Source: Alphaproteobacteria bacterium
Lineage (GTDB): Bacteria; Pseudomonadota; Alphaproteobacteria; SP197
Length of the DNA: 64,000 nucleotides
NCBI GenBank assembly: GCA_965228895.1
Contig: OZ245842.1
Location: forward strand, 3,840,001 to 3,904,000
Reading direction: 5' to 3'
A program made the translations under genes and the position numbers. Positions 17,574 to 27,502 of this stretch are shown in pieces (position 1 is the first letter of the stretch; every line of letters begins with the position of its first letter). The notes below the pieces were generated by a model. It ran no database searches, was not told the origin of the DNA, and saw only the letters and a list, made by a program, of their open reading frames with translations.

Positions 17574-18047
17574 CTACAAGGGCGATCCGTCCTTGCGCGT
17601 GAACTCGCCGCCCTTGGCGCGTTTCAGGATCTTCATGTCGATGTCGGAATAATGGCCATCGTCATCCGCGTCGCGCGTACCAATTTCCAGATAGACGACC
17701 GGCTCGTCGGTCTTGTTCACGAGATGGTGGCCGTTCGTCTCACCGGCCGGGAAACCCGCGCACAGTCCGGGCGTCAGTTGTGTCTCGCTGTCATCGGTAA
17801 CGAGCGTCGCTGTGCCGGAGAGTACATACACAAACTCGTCCTCGTGACTATGCCAATGACGCTGCGACGACCAGGCGCCCGGCGGCAGGGTCATGTAGTT
17901 GACGCCGAAATCGTTCAGGCCGAACACATCGCCCAGCACCTGGCGCTGACGTTCTCTGCACGGCTCGTCATAGGGCGCGGGATAACCGCTGCCGGTTTTG
18001 ACCGGCAATGTCGTGGCATCGACGGCAACGGGTTTCTTCTGAGGCAT
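17574..18047 (-). CDS. Cupin domain protein
   Basis: GSGYPAPY, FGVN, PGAWSSQRHWHSHEDEFVYVL, GHHLVN. Confidence 0.85.
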   Translation of the reverse strand: MPQKKPVAVDATTLPVKTGSGYPAPYDEPCRERQRQVLGDVFGLNDFGVNYMTLPPGAWSSQRHWHSHEDEFVYVLSGTATLVTDDSETQLTPGLCAGFPAGETNGHHLVNKTDEPVVYLEIGTRDADDDGHYSDIDMKILKRAKGGEFTRKDGSPL

Positions 18048-18064
18048 CGGGATCTCCTGACTGC

Positions 18065-18204
18065 TTGATCGGATCACGAATTGATTGTTCCGCCAAGCGG
18101 AGCAATCCATTCGTGTGAATCCGATCGACATCAAAAAGCTAGAGCAGATTCACCCAGTTAAATCTCATCGCGTAGCGATTCGATTGAAATGGGATCTGCT
18201 CTAG
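18065..18204. repeat. CTAG-bounded double-hairpin repeat, divergent copy in reverse orientation
   Basis: GATCGGATCAC...GTGAATCCGATC followed by CTAGAGCAGATTCAC...ATCTGCTCTAG. Confidence 0.78.
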
Positions 18205-18267
18205 GTTGGCGGCAGCCGGTGGATCACGATACCGCGCTTGCCAGGACTACTCAATCACTACAGGGAC

Positions 18268-19224
18268 TTAGGCTGCGTCGGCGCCATAGTAGAGCGTCAC
18301 CTTGTGGGTCGCTTCGGCGAAGAACAGCCAGCGCTCGAGCAAAACGCCCCCATAGCCGGATGCCACCGCCAGCAGGCAGGCGATGATGTCGGGAACCGGC
18401 GGCAGGATTAGCGAGAGCAGGACCAGGACAAACGGGACGGCATAGGCCAGCAGCACCGTCAGACGGCGCAGCTTGTCGGCGTGTTTGCGGGCGATCTGAA
18501 AGGCCATCTCGCGTTGCACGTAGTTGGGCGCGGTATGTGGCGGCTCCAGCGCGCGCACACGGCCGAATTTGCCAAGCCCGGTCGCGCTGCCGGCGCTGCT
18601 TTCCGGCGCCTTGCGGTCGAGCGACCGCCAGCCCTCGACGCGGACCAGTCCCGCCAGCAGCAGCGCAATCACGGTGATGACTTTGAAGACGTCGATAGCC
18701 GCCCACTCGCTGCCGGCCGCGGACACGATCAGCGTCAGGACCAACGTGCCGGTGGCAAGCGCGGCGCTCAGGAAAACCGCCGGCGTCCAGGCGGAGTGCC
18801 AGCGCGCGATGGTCTTCAGCGAACAGTAGATCATCGCCGTCGACCACAACGTCGCGACCGCCATCAGGGCCATGATCACGCCGACGACGCCCCACGGCCC
18901 GTTGACCGCGCCGTGGGCGAGCCAGCCATAGGCGAAGATGAGCGTCGGGATGAAGGTCAGAAGCGCCATCACGCCTTCGCGCGACAGCCAGGACGACCGC
19001 CACTGGGAAAGCGCGCGCCAGGCCCGTTCCGGGTGGCCGAGATGAAAAGTCGACGACACCAAACCGCCGACGACGAGCACCAGACCGACGCCCATGACAG
19101 CGATGCCCAGGCCCGGTGACGGCGCAATCAAACCGGCCGGCACGGCCAAGCCGGCCACAAACAACAAGCCGTAGCCGGCGCCGGAGAGCGTCGTGAAGAC
19201 GATGATGGAAAGCGCGGGATGCAT
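18268..19224 (-). CDS. soeC: Sulfite dehydrogenase membrane anchor (DmsC-like)
   Basis: MHPALSIIVFTT, HLGHPERAWRALSQWRSSWLSRE, ERWLFFAEA; context with soeAB. Confidence 0.85.
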   Translation of the reverse strand: MHPALSIIVFTTLSGAGYGLLFVAGLAVPAGLIAPSPGLGIAVMGVGLVLVVGGLVSSTFHLGHPERAWRALSQWRSSWLSREGVMALLTFIPTLIFAYGWLAHGAVNGPWGVVGVIMALMAVATLWSTAMIYCSLKTIARWHSAWTPAVFLSAALATGTLVLTLIVSAAGSEWAAIDVFKVITVIALLLAGLVRVEGWRSLDRKAPESSAGSATGLGKFGRVRALEPPHTAPNYVQREMAFQIARKHADKLRRLTVLLAYAVPFVLVLLSLILPPVPDIIACLLAVASGYGGVLLERWLFFAEATHKVTLYYGADAA

Positions 19225-19230
19225 ATGGCG

Positions 19231-19956
19231 TCAGGCCGAGAGCTTGCGATCGAGCCAGCCCAGGAAACCGCCGACGTCGGGTTCGGCTTCCAGAGCTTGC
19301 GGCGCGCCGGTCTCCTTGCGGGGGCGCGGCGGCAGGTACTTGTTGGTCGGCCGGCAGCCGGCTTCGGGCATCAGGTCGAAACCACCGCGCTCGGCGACCA
19401 GTTTCGAGACATCCGATCCGGGATCGGCGAGATCGCCGAAATGGCGGGCGCTCACCGGGCAGGCGGCGACGCAGGCCGGTTGCCGGTCGGCTTCGTCCAG
19501 ATGATCGTTGTAGATGCGATCGACACACAGGGTGCATTTCTTCATGACACCGTCGTCGACATCCATCTCGCGCGCGCCATAGGGACAGGCCCAGGCACAC
19601 AAACCACAACCGATGCAGCGGTCCTCGTCGACCAGCACGATGCCGTCCTCGACACGTTTATAGGATGCGCCGGTCGGGCAGACGGGAACGCATGGCGCGT
19701 CCGCGCAGTGCAGGCACGAGCGTGGGAAGTGCACGGTACGCCCTGACGCTCCCTCGCCGGCCTCAAACCCATGAATGCGGTTGAGCCACGACCCGCTTGC
19801 CGCCTGGCCATAGGGGTCCTGATCCGTCAGTGGTGCCGGATAGCCCGACGTGTTCCATTCCTTGCACGCGGTCGCGCATGCCTGACAGCCGACGCAGGTG
19901 TCGAGATCGATGACCAGGCCAAGCGCCTTGTCCGTCGCACCGGGCAGCGTCGTCAT
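19231..19956 (-). CDS. soeB: Sulfite dehydrogenase Fe-S subunit
   Basis: LGLVIDLDTCVGCQAC, four Cys clusters; ATGA overlap with the soeA stop. Confidence 0.87.
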   Translation of the reverse strand: MTTLPGATDKALGLVIDLDTCVGCQACATACKEWNTSGYPAPLTDQDPYGQAASGSWLNRIHGFEAGEGASGRTVHFPRSCLHCADAPCVPVCPTGASYKRVEDGIVLVDEDRCIGCGLCAWACPYGAREMDVDDGVMKKCTLCVDRIYNDHLDEADRQPACVAACPVSARHFGDLADPGSDVSKLVAERGGFDLMPEAGCRPTNKYLPPRPRKETGAPQALEAEPDVGGFLGWLDRKLSA

Positions 19957-22802
19957 GGCTTGGGCGCTCCGAAACGCAACACGCTCGGCCGGTCGAACTT
20001 GGTGATCGACTTCAGCGGCGCAAAGCGCGGCGCCGTCTCGCCCTGCTCGCTGACCGCCGCCTTGGTGATTTTGATCTTCAGGTCGTACCACGCCGCCTGA
20101 CCGGTCACCGGATCGGCGTTGGCGTAGCGATAGCCCGCCTCCTGCTCGGGCAACAGGTCATCGATCAGGTGGTTCAAGAGGAAACCCTGGTTGGCTTCGC
20201 GCGCATCGGGGTCAAGCGCCCACGCGCCAGCGCGCTTGCCGATGGCGTTCCAGGTCCACACCGTCTTCGGATTGACGCCCTCCATCACCTTGATCTGCGC
20301 CTTGATGCGCCCGTGGCGGCTTTCCGCCCATACCCAGTCGTGGTCGTCGAGGCCGAGATCGGCCGCGACCGCGGTGCCGACATAGAGTTTGTTCCAGCCA
20401 TGGATTTGGCGCAGCCACGCATTCTGCGATCCCCAGGCGTGATACATCGCCATCGGCCGCTGCGTCACCGCATGCAACGGATAGCCGTCGTCATCGTCTT
20501 CCAGGCCGGCATACCAGGTCGGCAACGGATCGAAGTACTCGGCAACGCGGGCTCGATGGGCATCGGTCGGCTGATGGGCACCATGCCCCTGGGCGGCCAA
20601 GCGGAACTTCTGCAGTTCCTCGCTATAGAGCTGCAGCGCGATCGGCGAACCGTCGTCGATCAGGCCAAGCTCAAGCGCCGCCTTCAGGTAACCGGCATTG
20701 GCGAACTTGTAGAAGCGGTGTTCGGGCTCGAACGGGTGGTGCCAGAAACAACCGTTCTCGACATAACGCTGAAGTTGATCGGGGTTGACCTCACCCTTGC
20801 CCACCTTGTCGCCGGCCTCACCGCGCCAGCCAGCCAGCGAGCCGACATTCGGCTTGCGCAGATGGTTGACGAGATAGTCGGCATAACCGCCGGGATAGCG
20901 CGGTCCGCCATTGGCCGTGATCAGGCCGGGAAGCTCGAGCCGCGCGCCGAGTTCGATCAACACGTCCTGGAACGGACGGACGTCGCGGTCGGGCTGCACC
21001 ACCGGCTGGCGGATCGCATCGGCCGGGCCGTCGGGATCGCTGATCGGCCGGTCCAGCAATGAGATACAATCCCAGCGCTCCAGATAGGTCGTGTCGGGGA
21101 AGATCAGGTCCGCATAGGCAACCATCTCCGACTGATAGGCATCCGCATAGATGATGTGCGGGATCGTGTAGTCGCCGGTCTCCGGATCCTTGTCCGTCAG
21201 CATCTCGATGGTGCCGGTCGTGTTCATGGCGGAGTTCCAGGCCATGTTCGCCATGAACATGAAGAGCGTGTCGATCTTGTAGGGATCGCCCTTCCACGCG
21301 TTGGTGATGACCGTGTGCATCATGCCGTGGATGGCGAGTGGTGCCTCCCACGAATACGCCTTGTCGATACGGACCGGCGTACCGTCGGCCTCGACCAACA
21401 GGTCTTCCGGCCCGCCAGGGAAACCCAGCGGCATACCCGGCATGGCTTCGCAGGCGACGATCTGATCCGGCTTGCCGGTCGGCTTCGACGGACACGGGAT
21501 ATGGCGCGGGAACGGCGGCTTGTACCGATGCCCACCCGGCGTATCGACGCTGCCCAACAGGATCTGCAGGATATGAATGGCGCGGCAGGTGTGGAAGCCG
21601 TTGGCGTGGGCGGAGATGCCGCGCATGGCGTGCATGCTGACCGGCCGCCCGACCATCGTCTCGTGACGCCGGCCGAAGCTGTCGGTCCACGGCTGGTCGA
21701 TGACCACTTCCTGTTCGAAGGCGGCGTGCGCCAGTTCGGCGGCGATGCGTTTGATCGTCGCGGCCTCCAGCCCCGTCTTCGCCGCAACCGTCTCGGCCGC
21801 ATACTCCGGTTCCAGACAGCGTCGCGCGATGAGTTCGAAGCTCGGCACCGCCTGGCGTCCGTCCGGCAAGGTGACCGCGCCTTTCAACGCGGGATGGCCA
21901 CCATCGACGTCATAGGCGCGCACCTGACCGTCGAACACCAGCGGCTTGCCGTTCGCGTCGCGCGCGAACAGGCCATTGTCGGCAGCGCCCTCATTGTCGA
22001 TGACCAGCCACGGCGCGTTGGTGTAGCGGCAGAGATAGTCGACATCGACCTTGCCGGCTTTCAACAGCTCCTGGATCAGCGCCATCACGAAAAGCCCGTC
22101 GGTGCCCGGCGTGATCCCCACCCATTCGTCGGCGATCGCCGAATAGCCGGTCCTCACCGGGTTGATCGAGACGACCTTGGCGCCGCGTCCCTTCAGCTTG
22201 CCGAGCCCGATCTTGAGCGGGTTGGAGCTGTGGTCCTCGGCAACGCCGAACAGCAGCATGTAGCGCGTGCGCTCCCAGTCTGGCTCGCCGAACTCCCAGA
22301 ACGAACCGCCGGTCGTATAGAGCCCGGCCGCGGCCATATTGACCGAGCAGAACCCGCCATGGGCGGCGTAGTTGGGCGTACCGAACTGGGATGCCCACCA
22401 GCCGGTCAGCGCCTGGCTCTGGTCGCGCCCGGTGAAGAAGGCGAGTTTCTTGGGGTCGTCGTCGCGGATCGGCTTGAGCCACGAATAGGCAAGATCCAGC
22501 GCCTCGTCCCAGGAGATCGGCTCGAACGCGTTCTCGCCCCGGGGGCCGACGCGCTTCATCGGTTGTGACAGCCTGGCCGGCGACTTGTGGTTCATGATGC
22601 CGGCGGCACCCTTGCCGCAGATCACGCCCTTGTTCACCGGGTGGTCGGGGTTGCCCTCGATATAGCTGACCTCGCTGTCCTTGAGATGCACCCGTATGCC
22701 GCAGCGGCAGGCGCACATGTAACAGGTCGTGCAGCGCACCTCGTCGCTCACCTCGGGCGAGGTATCGATAACGTGTCCGTTGCGGTCCGGTTGGGCGACC
22801 AT
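19953..22802 (-). CDS. soeA: Sulfite dehydrogenase molybdopterin subunit
   Basis: TTCYMCACRCGI, FFTGRDQSQ, AAHGGFCSVNM, MYHAWGSQNAWLRQI; no Tat signal. Confidence 0.9.
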   Translation of the reverse strand: MVAQPDRNGHVIDTSPEVSDEVRCTTCYMCACRCGIRVHLKDSEVSYIEGNPDHPVNKGVICGKGAAGIMNHKSPARLSQPMKRVGPRGENAFEPISWDEALDLAYSWLKPIRDDDPKKLAFFTGRDQSQALTGWWASQFGTPNYAAHGGFCSVNMAAAGLYTTGGSFWEFGEPDWERTRYMLLFGVAEDHSSNPLKIGLGKLKGRGAKVVSINPVRTGYSAIADEWVGITPGTDGLFVMALIQELLKAGKVDVDYLCRYTNAPWLVIDNEGAADNGLFARDANGKPLVFDGQVRAYDVDGGHPALKGAVTLPDGRQAVPSFELIARRCLEPEYAAETVAAKTGLEAATIKRIAAELAHAAFEQEVVIDQPWTDSFGRRHETMVGRPVSMHAMRGISAHANGFHTCRAIHILQILLGSVDTPGGHRYKPPFPRHIPCPSKPTGKPDQIVACEAMPGMPLGFPGGPEDLLVEADGTPVRIDKAYSWEAPLAIHGMMHTVITNAWKGDPYKIDTLFMFMANMAWNSAMNTTGTIEMLTDKDPETGDYTIPHIIYADAYQSEMVAYADLIFPDTTYLERWDCISLLDRPISDPDGPADAIRQPVVQPDRDVRPFQDVLIELGARLELPGLITANGGPRYPGGYADYLVNHLRKPNVGSLAGWRGEAGDKVGKGEVNPDQLQRYVENGCFWHHPFEPEHRFYKFANAGYLKAALELGLIDDGSPIALQLYSEELQKFRLAAQGHGAHQPTDAHRARVAEYFDPLPTWYAGLEDDDDGYPLHAVTQRPMAMYHAWGSQNAWLRQIHGWNKLYVGTAVAADLGLDDHDWVWAESRHGRIKAQIKVMEGVNPKTVWTWNAIGKRAGAWALDPDAREANQGFLLNHLIDDLLPEQEAGYRYANADPVTGQAAWYDLKIKITKAAVSEQGETAPRFAPLKSITKFDRPSVLRFGAPKP

Positions 22803-22953
22803 GGTACTCCCGACAACAAGCCGCCCACGCGCGACAGGGTTTTCCCATCCCGCAGCGGCGGATTTCGGCGTTAACCTGCCGCGCGGCCCGCCCGCCCGCA
22901 AGACCCATTCGAAAAATCGACGCGGTGGTTCGGTGTTTCTCCGGCGACTGGCC

Positions 22954-24582
22954 TTATGCCCCGTACCAGCCGGCATTCGACGGCGGCAGCGGTTTGCGGC
23001 CCAGGATCATGTCGGCGGCTTTCTCGCCGATCATGATGGTCGGCGCGTTCAGGTTGCCGCTGGTAATCGACGGCATGATGGAGCTGTCGACAACACGCAG
23101 GCCCTCCACGCCGCGGACCCGGCATTCCGGGTCGACGACGGCCAAGGCGTCCGTGCCCATCTTGCAGGTGCCGCAGGGGTGATAGGCGCTCTCTGCGGTT
23201 TCGCGGATCAGCTGGTCGATGTCGGCATCGTTCTTGGCGCTCGCCCAAGGTGCCTGCTCGTCACCTCGGTAGGGATCGAACGCCTTCTGCGCGACGACGT
23301 CGCGGGCTTGCTGGACCGACGTTCTGAGATCGTCGAGGTCGCGGGGATCATCGAGGAAGTTGAAATCCATCAGCGGCGGCGCGCGGGGATCGTCAGACGC
23401 CAGACGCAGCCAGCCCCGGCTGTGTTCACGCAGCGTCCCGACACAGACGCAGAACCCGCCGGACGACGTGCTGGCGCCCCAGCCGTCCATCAAGAACGGA
23501 AAAAAGTGATACTGAATGTCCGGATGGGGCATCGAGGGATCGCTTCGGGTGAAGGCGCCGACCTCCACATGGGTCGTGGCGCACGGCCCCGAATGACTTA
23601 GGAACCATCGCAGGCCGACCAAGGTCTTGATTGGCTGGCGCGCGAAGCGGTTGGCCGACACTGCCATCGGCGCCGCCCACTGCAGATGAACTTCCAGATG
23701 ATCCTGCAGGTTGGCACCGACACCCGGCAGATCGTGGACGACATCGATGCCGTGTTCGCGCAGATGGTCGGCCGGGCCGATGCCCGACAGCATCAGAAGC
23801 TGCGGCGAGCCGAAGGCACCGGCGGTCACCAGCACCTCACGATCCGCCGTCGCGGTCGCGACTTTGTCGCCGACCGCATAGGATAGACCGGTCGTGCGCC
23901 GGCCTTCAGAGGTCAGGCCGAGCGCGGTGGCATGGGTCACGACGGTCAGATTGGGCCGGCCGCGCGCGGGTTTGAGATAGGCGTGGGCGGTACTGGCGCG
24001 CACGCCACGATCGATCGACCGATCGAGAACGCCGAAACCTTCCTGACGCCATCCGTTGGTATCGTCGGTGCGGTTGAAACCGGCCTCGGCGCCGGCCTCG
24101 ACGAACGCCCGATTGAGCGGTTGATCGATGCCGAAGGACATGGTCGAGACCGGCCCCTCACCGCCGCGCCACGAGTCCTCGCCGTTCGAGAATGACTCCA
24201 GTCGTTTGTAATAGGGCAGAACCTCGGCATAGGACCAACCGTCGGCGCCTCCCTCGGCCCAACGTTCGAAGTCGAGCGCATGGCCGCGCACAAACGCCAT
24301 GCCGTTGATCGCCGACGAACCGCCCAGCCCCTTGCCGCGCGGCTGATAGATACGCCGGCCGGCCAGGTTCTTCTGGGGCTCGGAATAGTAGGAATAATTG
24401 AAGGGACCGCCGGTGAAGTTCTCGCCATAGCCCGCCGGCATGCGCACCGACCAGTGATCGGCCTTGCCGCCTGCTTCCAGCAGCAGGACCGAGACCGCCG
24501 GATCTTCCGTAAGGCGCGCGGCCAGCACGCAACCGGCGGAACCGGCGCCGACGATGATGTAGTCGAAAACGTCGCTCACCAT
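22954..24582 (-). CDS. betA: GMC oxidoreductase, choline dehydrogenase-like
   Basis: DYIIVGAGSAG, RGKGLGGSSAINGM, VGANLQDH, YHPCGTCKMG, GNLNAPTIMIGEK; TGATG coupling to betC. Substrate inferred from context. Confidence 0.75.
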   Translation of the reverse strand: MVSDVFDYIIVGAGSAGCVLAARLTEDPAVSVLLLEAGGKADHWSVRMPAGYGENFTGGPFNYSYYSEPQKNLAGRRIYQPRGKGLGGSSAINGMAFVRGHALDFERWAEGGADGWSYAEVLPYYKRLESFSNGEDSWRGGEGPVSTMSFGIDQPLNRAFVEAGAEAGFNRTDDTNGWRQEGFGVLDRSIDRGVRASTAHAYLKPARGRPNLTVVTHATALGLTSEGRRTTGLSYAVGDKVATATADREVLVTAGAFGSPQLLMLSGIGPADHLREHGIDVVHDLPGVGANLQDHLEVHLQWAAPMAVSANRFARQPIKTLVGLRWFLSHSGPCATTHVEVGAFTRSDPSMPHPDIQYHFFPFLMDGWGASTSSGGFCVCVGTLREHSRGWLRLASDDPRAPPLMDFNFLDDPRDLDDLRTSVQQARDVVAQKAFDPYRGDEQAPWASAKNDADIDQLIRETAESAYHPCGTCKMGTDALAVVDPECRVRGVEGLRVVDSSIMPSITSGNLNAPTIMIGEKAADMILGRKPLPPSNAGWYGA

Positions 24583-26120
24583 CACGAGGGCTCGTGCTGC
24601 TGGTCGCTCCACTCCGTCGAATAGATGCCCTGCACGTCTTCGACCATGCGCACGTATTGGCGGCTGGCATCGCGCTTGGGCTGCCAGTCCCACGGGGTAC
24701 GATGACCGGTGTTGAGCGCGCGTGAGAGAAACAGCCTGACCTTCTGGCTTTCTTCGACGTCGGCCTTGAGGCGTTCGCGGTCCCATTGCTTCGCGACCTC
24801 GGCGGCAAGCTCGGCCTCGACCTCGGCCGTATCCGCCTGGCCGGCAAGGTTGGTCAGTTCATCGGGATCGGCCTGCATGTCAAAGAGGATCGGCGGATCG
24901 CCATCGCCCGAGATGTACTTCCAGCGGCCCCGGCGCACCATGAACATCGGCCCGGGCGTGCCTTCGCCGCAGTACTCGCTGAACGCGGTGTCGTGCCAGT
25001 CGCTTGTGTTGCCGGCCAAAAGGCCGTTCAGGCCGCCGCCATCGATCGGCGCCACCAGATCGGGCATCCGCCCGTCGCCCGCCCACTCAAGAAAAGTCGG
25101 AAACAGATCGATCAGCGAGGTGTTCTGGCTGACACGGCGCGCCTGAAACATCTTGGGCGCATAGACGATCATCGGCACGCGCGCGGACCACTCGAAAAAG
25201 CTCATCTTGAACCACAGGCCGCGCTCGCCGAGCATGTCGCCGTGGTCACCGGACAGCACAATGATCGTGTTGTCGGCAGCACCGATCGCCTCAAGCGTTT
25301 CCATTATGCGGCCGATGCGATCATCGAGCCAGGTCATGACGGCGTAGTAGGCACGCCGCGCGCGGCGGACGTCCTCCGGCGACACCGCCTCCATGTGCCG
25401 GCCGGTGATGGTGAAGAGGCGCCGGCTATGGGCGTCACGCTCGTCGAGATCCATGTCCGGCACCCTCGGATCGTCGATCTCGTTGTCCGTATACATGCCC
25501 CAATAGGCGTCGGGCGCCAGGTAGGGATCGTGCGGGCTGATGAACGAGGCCGTCAGGAAGAATGGCTTGTTATCGTGTCGGTCGGCGTGATCGTGCAGCC
25601 AGCGGCATGCCTCGACCGTGACCTCCTCGTCATAGTCGATGTTGACGCTGCGCCGCCACGGACCGGCGTCCAGCACGGCGCGCATGCTGTGATACCAGGG
25701 CACCCAAACGTCCGACCCGATCGACCAGTCGGTGGTCCACGAGAAGTCGGCGGGATAGACGTCGGTCGTCACCCGTTCCTCGAACCCGTGCAGCTGATCG
25801 GCGCCGACAAAGTGCATCTTGCCCGACAGGCAGGTCGCGTAACCCATGTCGCGCAGATAGTGCGCGAAGGTCGGCACCGATGAGGCAAATTCGCTGGCGT
25901 TGTCATAGGCGCCGATCCGGCTGGGCAACCGGCTTGCCATGAACGAGAACCTGGCGGGCGCGCAAATCGGATAGTTGGTGTAGGCGCTCTCGAAGACGAC
26001 ACCGTCTTCCGCCAGCCGATCGATATGGGGCGTACGGCAGACCTTGCCGCCATAGGCCTTCAGGACCTGCGGCGCGAGCTGGTCGGCCATCAGATAGAGA
26101 ATGCTGGGTCGTTGCGTCAT
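24582..26120 (-). CDS. betC: Choline sulfatase
   Basis: CAPAR formylglycine motif, GKMHFVGADQLHGFEER, PHDPY, DHGDMLGERGLWFKM, PWDWQP C-terminus. Confidence 0.85.
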   Translation of the reverse strand: MTQRPSILYLMADQLAPQVLKAYGGKVCRTPHIDRLAEDGVVFESAYTNYPICAPARFSFMASRLPSRIGAYDNASEFASSVPTFAHYLRDMGYATCLSGKMHFVGADQLHGFEERVTTDVYPADFSWTTDWSIGSDVWVPWYHSMRAVLDAGPWRRSVNIDYDEEVTVEACRWLHDHADRHDNKPFFLTASFISPHDPYLAPDAYWGMYTDNEIDDPRVPDMDLDERDAHSRRLFTITGRHMEAVSPEDVRRARRAYYAVMTWLDDRIGRIMETLEAIGAADNTIIVLSGDHGDMLGERGLWFKMSFFEWSARVPMIVYAPKMFQARRVSQNTSLIDLFPTFLEWAGDGRMPDLVAPIDGGGLNGLLAGNTSDWHDTAFSEYCGEGTPGPMFMVRRGRWKYISGDGDPPILFDMQADPDELTNLAGQADTAEVEAELAAEVAKQWDRERLKADVEESQKVRLFLSRALNTGHRTPWDWQPKRDASRQYVRMVEDVQGIYSTEWSDQQHEPS

Positions 26121-26200
26121 GCCGTCTCCCTAGCGCACGTAGCGTCTGGCACGACGCCGTATGCGCAGACTAGACTAGGCTACATGATCGGGAAATCATC

Positions 26201-27490
26201 ATGACTCTGCCGGACAGTCTCTGGACCGCAAGCGCCGTCGACGCCATCGCCACACCCGCCCTTAGCGGCCAGCACGGCGCCGATGTCGTCATCGTCGGCG
26301 GCGGTTTCACCGGCCTTTCAACGGCCCTGCATCTGGCCGAAGCCGGCAAGTCGGTGATTGTCCTGGAGGCCAGTGAGCCGGGCTGGGGCGCGTCCGGCCG
26401 CAACGGCGGTCAGGTCAACCCCGGCTGGCGCATGCTGCCATCGGAAATCACTGAAAAGTACGGCAGCAACCGCGCGCCGGCCGTGCTCGACATGCTGAAC
26501 CGGGCCTGTGACCTGACGTTCGATCTGATCGACCGGCACGGCTTGGACTGCGATGCCGAACGGCCGGGTTTCGTGCACGCGGGCTTCGGCCGTTTCGGCC
26601 AGATGTTTCTGGATAGTTGGATCGCCGAATGGGGCGAACTCGGCGTCACTGTCGAGCGTCTCGATAGCGCCGGCTTGAAACGCCTGATCGGCACCGACTT
26701 CTACCACCTCGGCATGCGCGACCCGCGCGGCGGCCACCTGCAGCCCCTGTCCTACGCACGTGAACTGGCGCGCGTGGCTGCGGCCAAGGGCGCCCGCGTT
26801 CACGGCAACTCACGCGTCACATCGATCCATGAGCAAGGCGCCGGCTGGCGCGTTGTCACGTCAGGCGGCGAGGTTGAGGCCGAACACGTCATCCTGTGCA
26901 CCAACGGCTATACGGACGGCGCCTGGCCCGGGCTCGCCAAGACTGTCGTGCCGATCACCACATTCATCGCCGCCAGCGAACCGCTGGATGCGGCCAGGCT
27001 CGAGACGATCCTGCCCGGGCGTCACGCGGTCGCCGAGACACGGCGCGCGCTCCACTATTTCAAACTGGATCGCGACAACCGTTTTGTCATCGGCGGGCGC
27101 GGCAACTTCACCAATCTGAACGAGCCCGGCTCCGTCGAGCATCTCAAGGCCACGGCACTGGAGATCTTCCCGGCCCTGGAAGGCATTGGCTGGTCCTATC
27201 GCTGGGGCGGCCAGGTCGCTGTCACGCCGGACCACACACCGCGCCTTTTCAAGCTCGCGACGAACGTTCACGCCGGCATGGGTTTCAACGGTCGCGGTGT
27301 CGCCATGGGTTCGATGTTCGGCACCCAGTTGACCCGGGTCGTCCTGGGCGAAGAGCCCGACATGCCGGTTGAGCCGATCGACATCATTCCCAACCACGCA
27401 TTCCGCCAGTTCGGCATCACCTGGTTCCTCGCAACCGGCCGCTTGCTAGACCGGCGCGACATCCGCGAAGACCCAGCAGCTTTCGTTTAG
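26201..27490 (+). CDS. FAD-dependent amine oxidoreductase (PuuB/DAO family)
   Basis: SLW, IVGGGFTGLS, GASGRNGGQ, LCTNGYT, GFNGRGVAMG. Confidence 0.85.
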   Translation: MTLPDSLWTASAVDAIATPALSGQHGADVVIVGGGFTGLSTALHLAEAGKSVIVLEASEPGWGASGRNGGQVNPGWRMLPSEITEKYGSNRAPAVLDMLNRACDLTFDLIDRHGLDCDAERPGFVHAGFGRFGQMFLDSWIAEWGELGVTVERLDSAGLKRLIGTDFYHLGMRDPRGGHLQPLSYARELARVAAAKGARVHGNSRVTSIHEQGAGWRVVTSGGEVEAEHVILCTNGYTDGAWPGLAKTVVPITTFIAASEPLDAARLETILPGRHAVAETRRALHYFKLDRDNRFVIGGRGNFTNLNEPGSVEHLKATALEIFPALEGIGWSYRWGGQVAVTPDHTPRLFKLATNVHAGMGFNGRGVAMGSMFGTQLTRVVLGEEPDMPVEPIDIIPNHAFRQFGITWFLATGRLLDRRDIREDPAAFV

Positions 27491-27502
27491 AGCAAATCGG
27501 AT

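Noticed and set aside
21156-22568. 470-aa plus-strand ORF
   Set aside because: Antisense shadow of soeA
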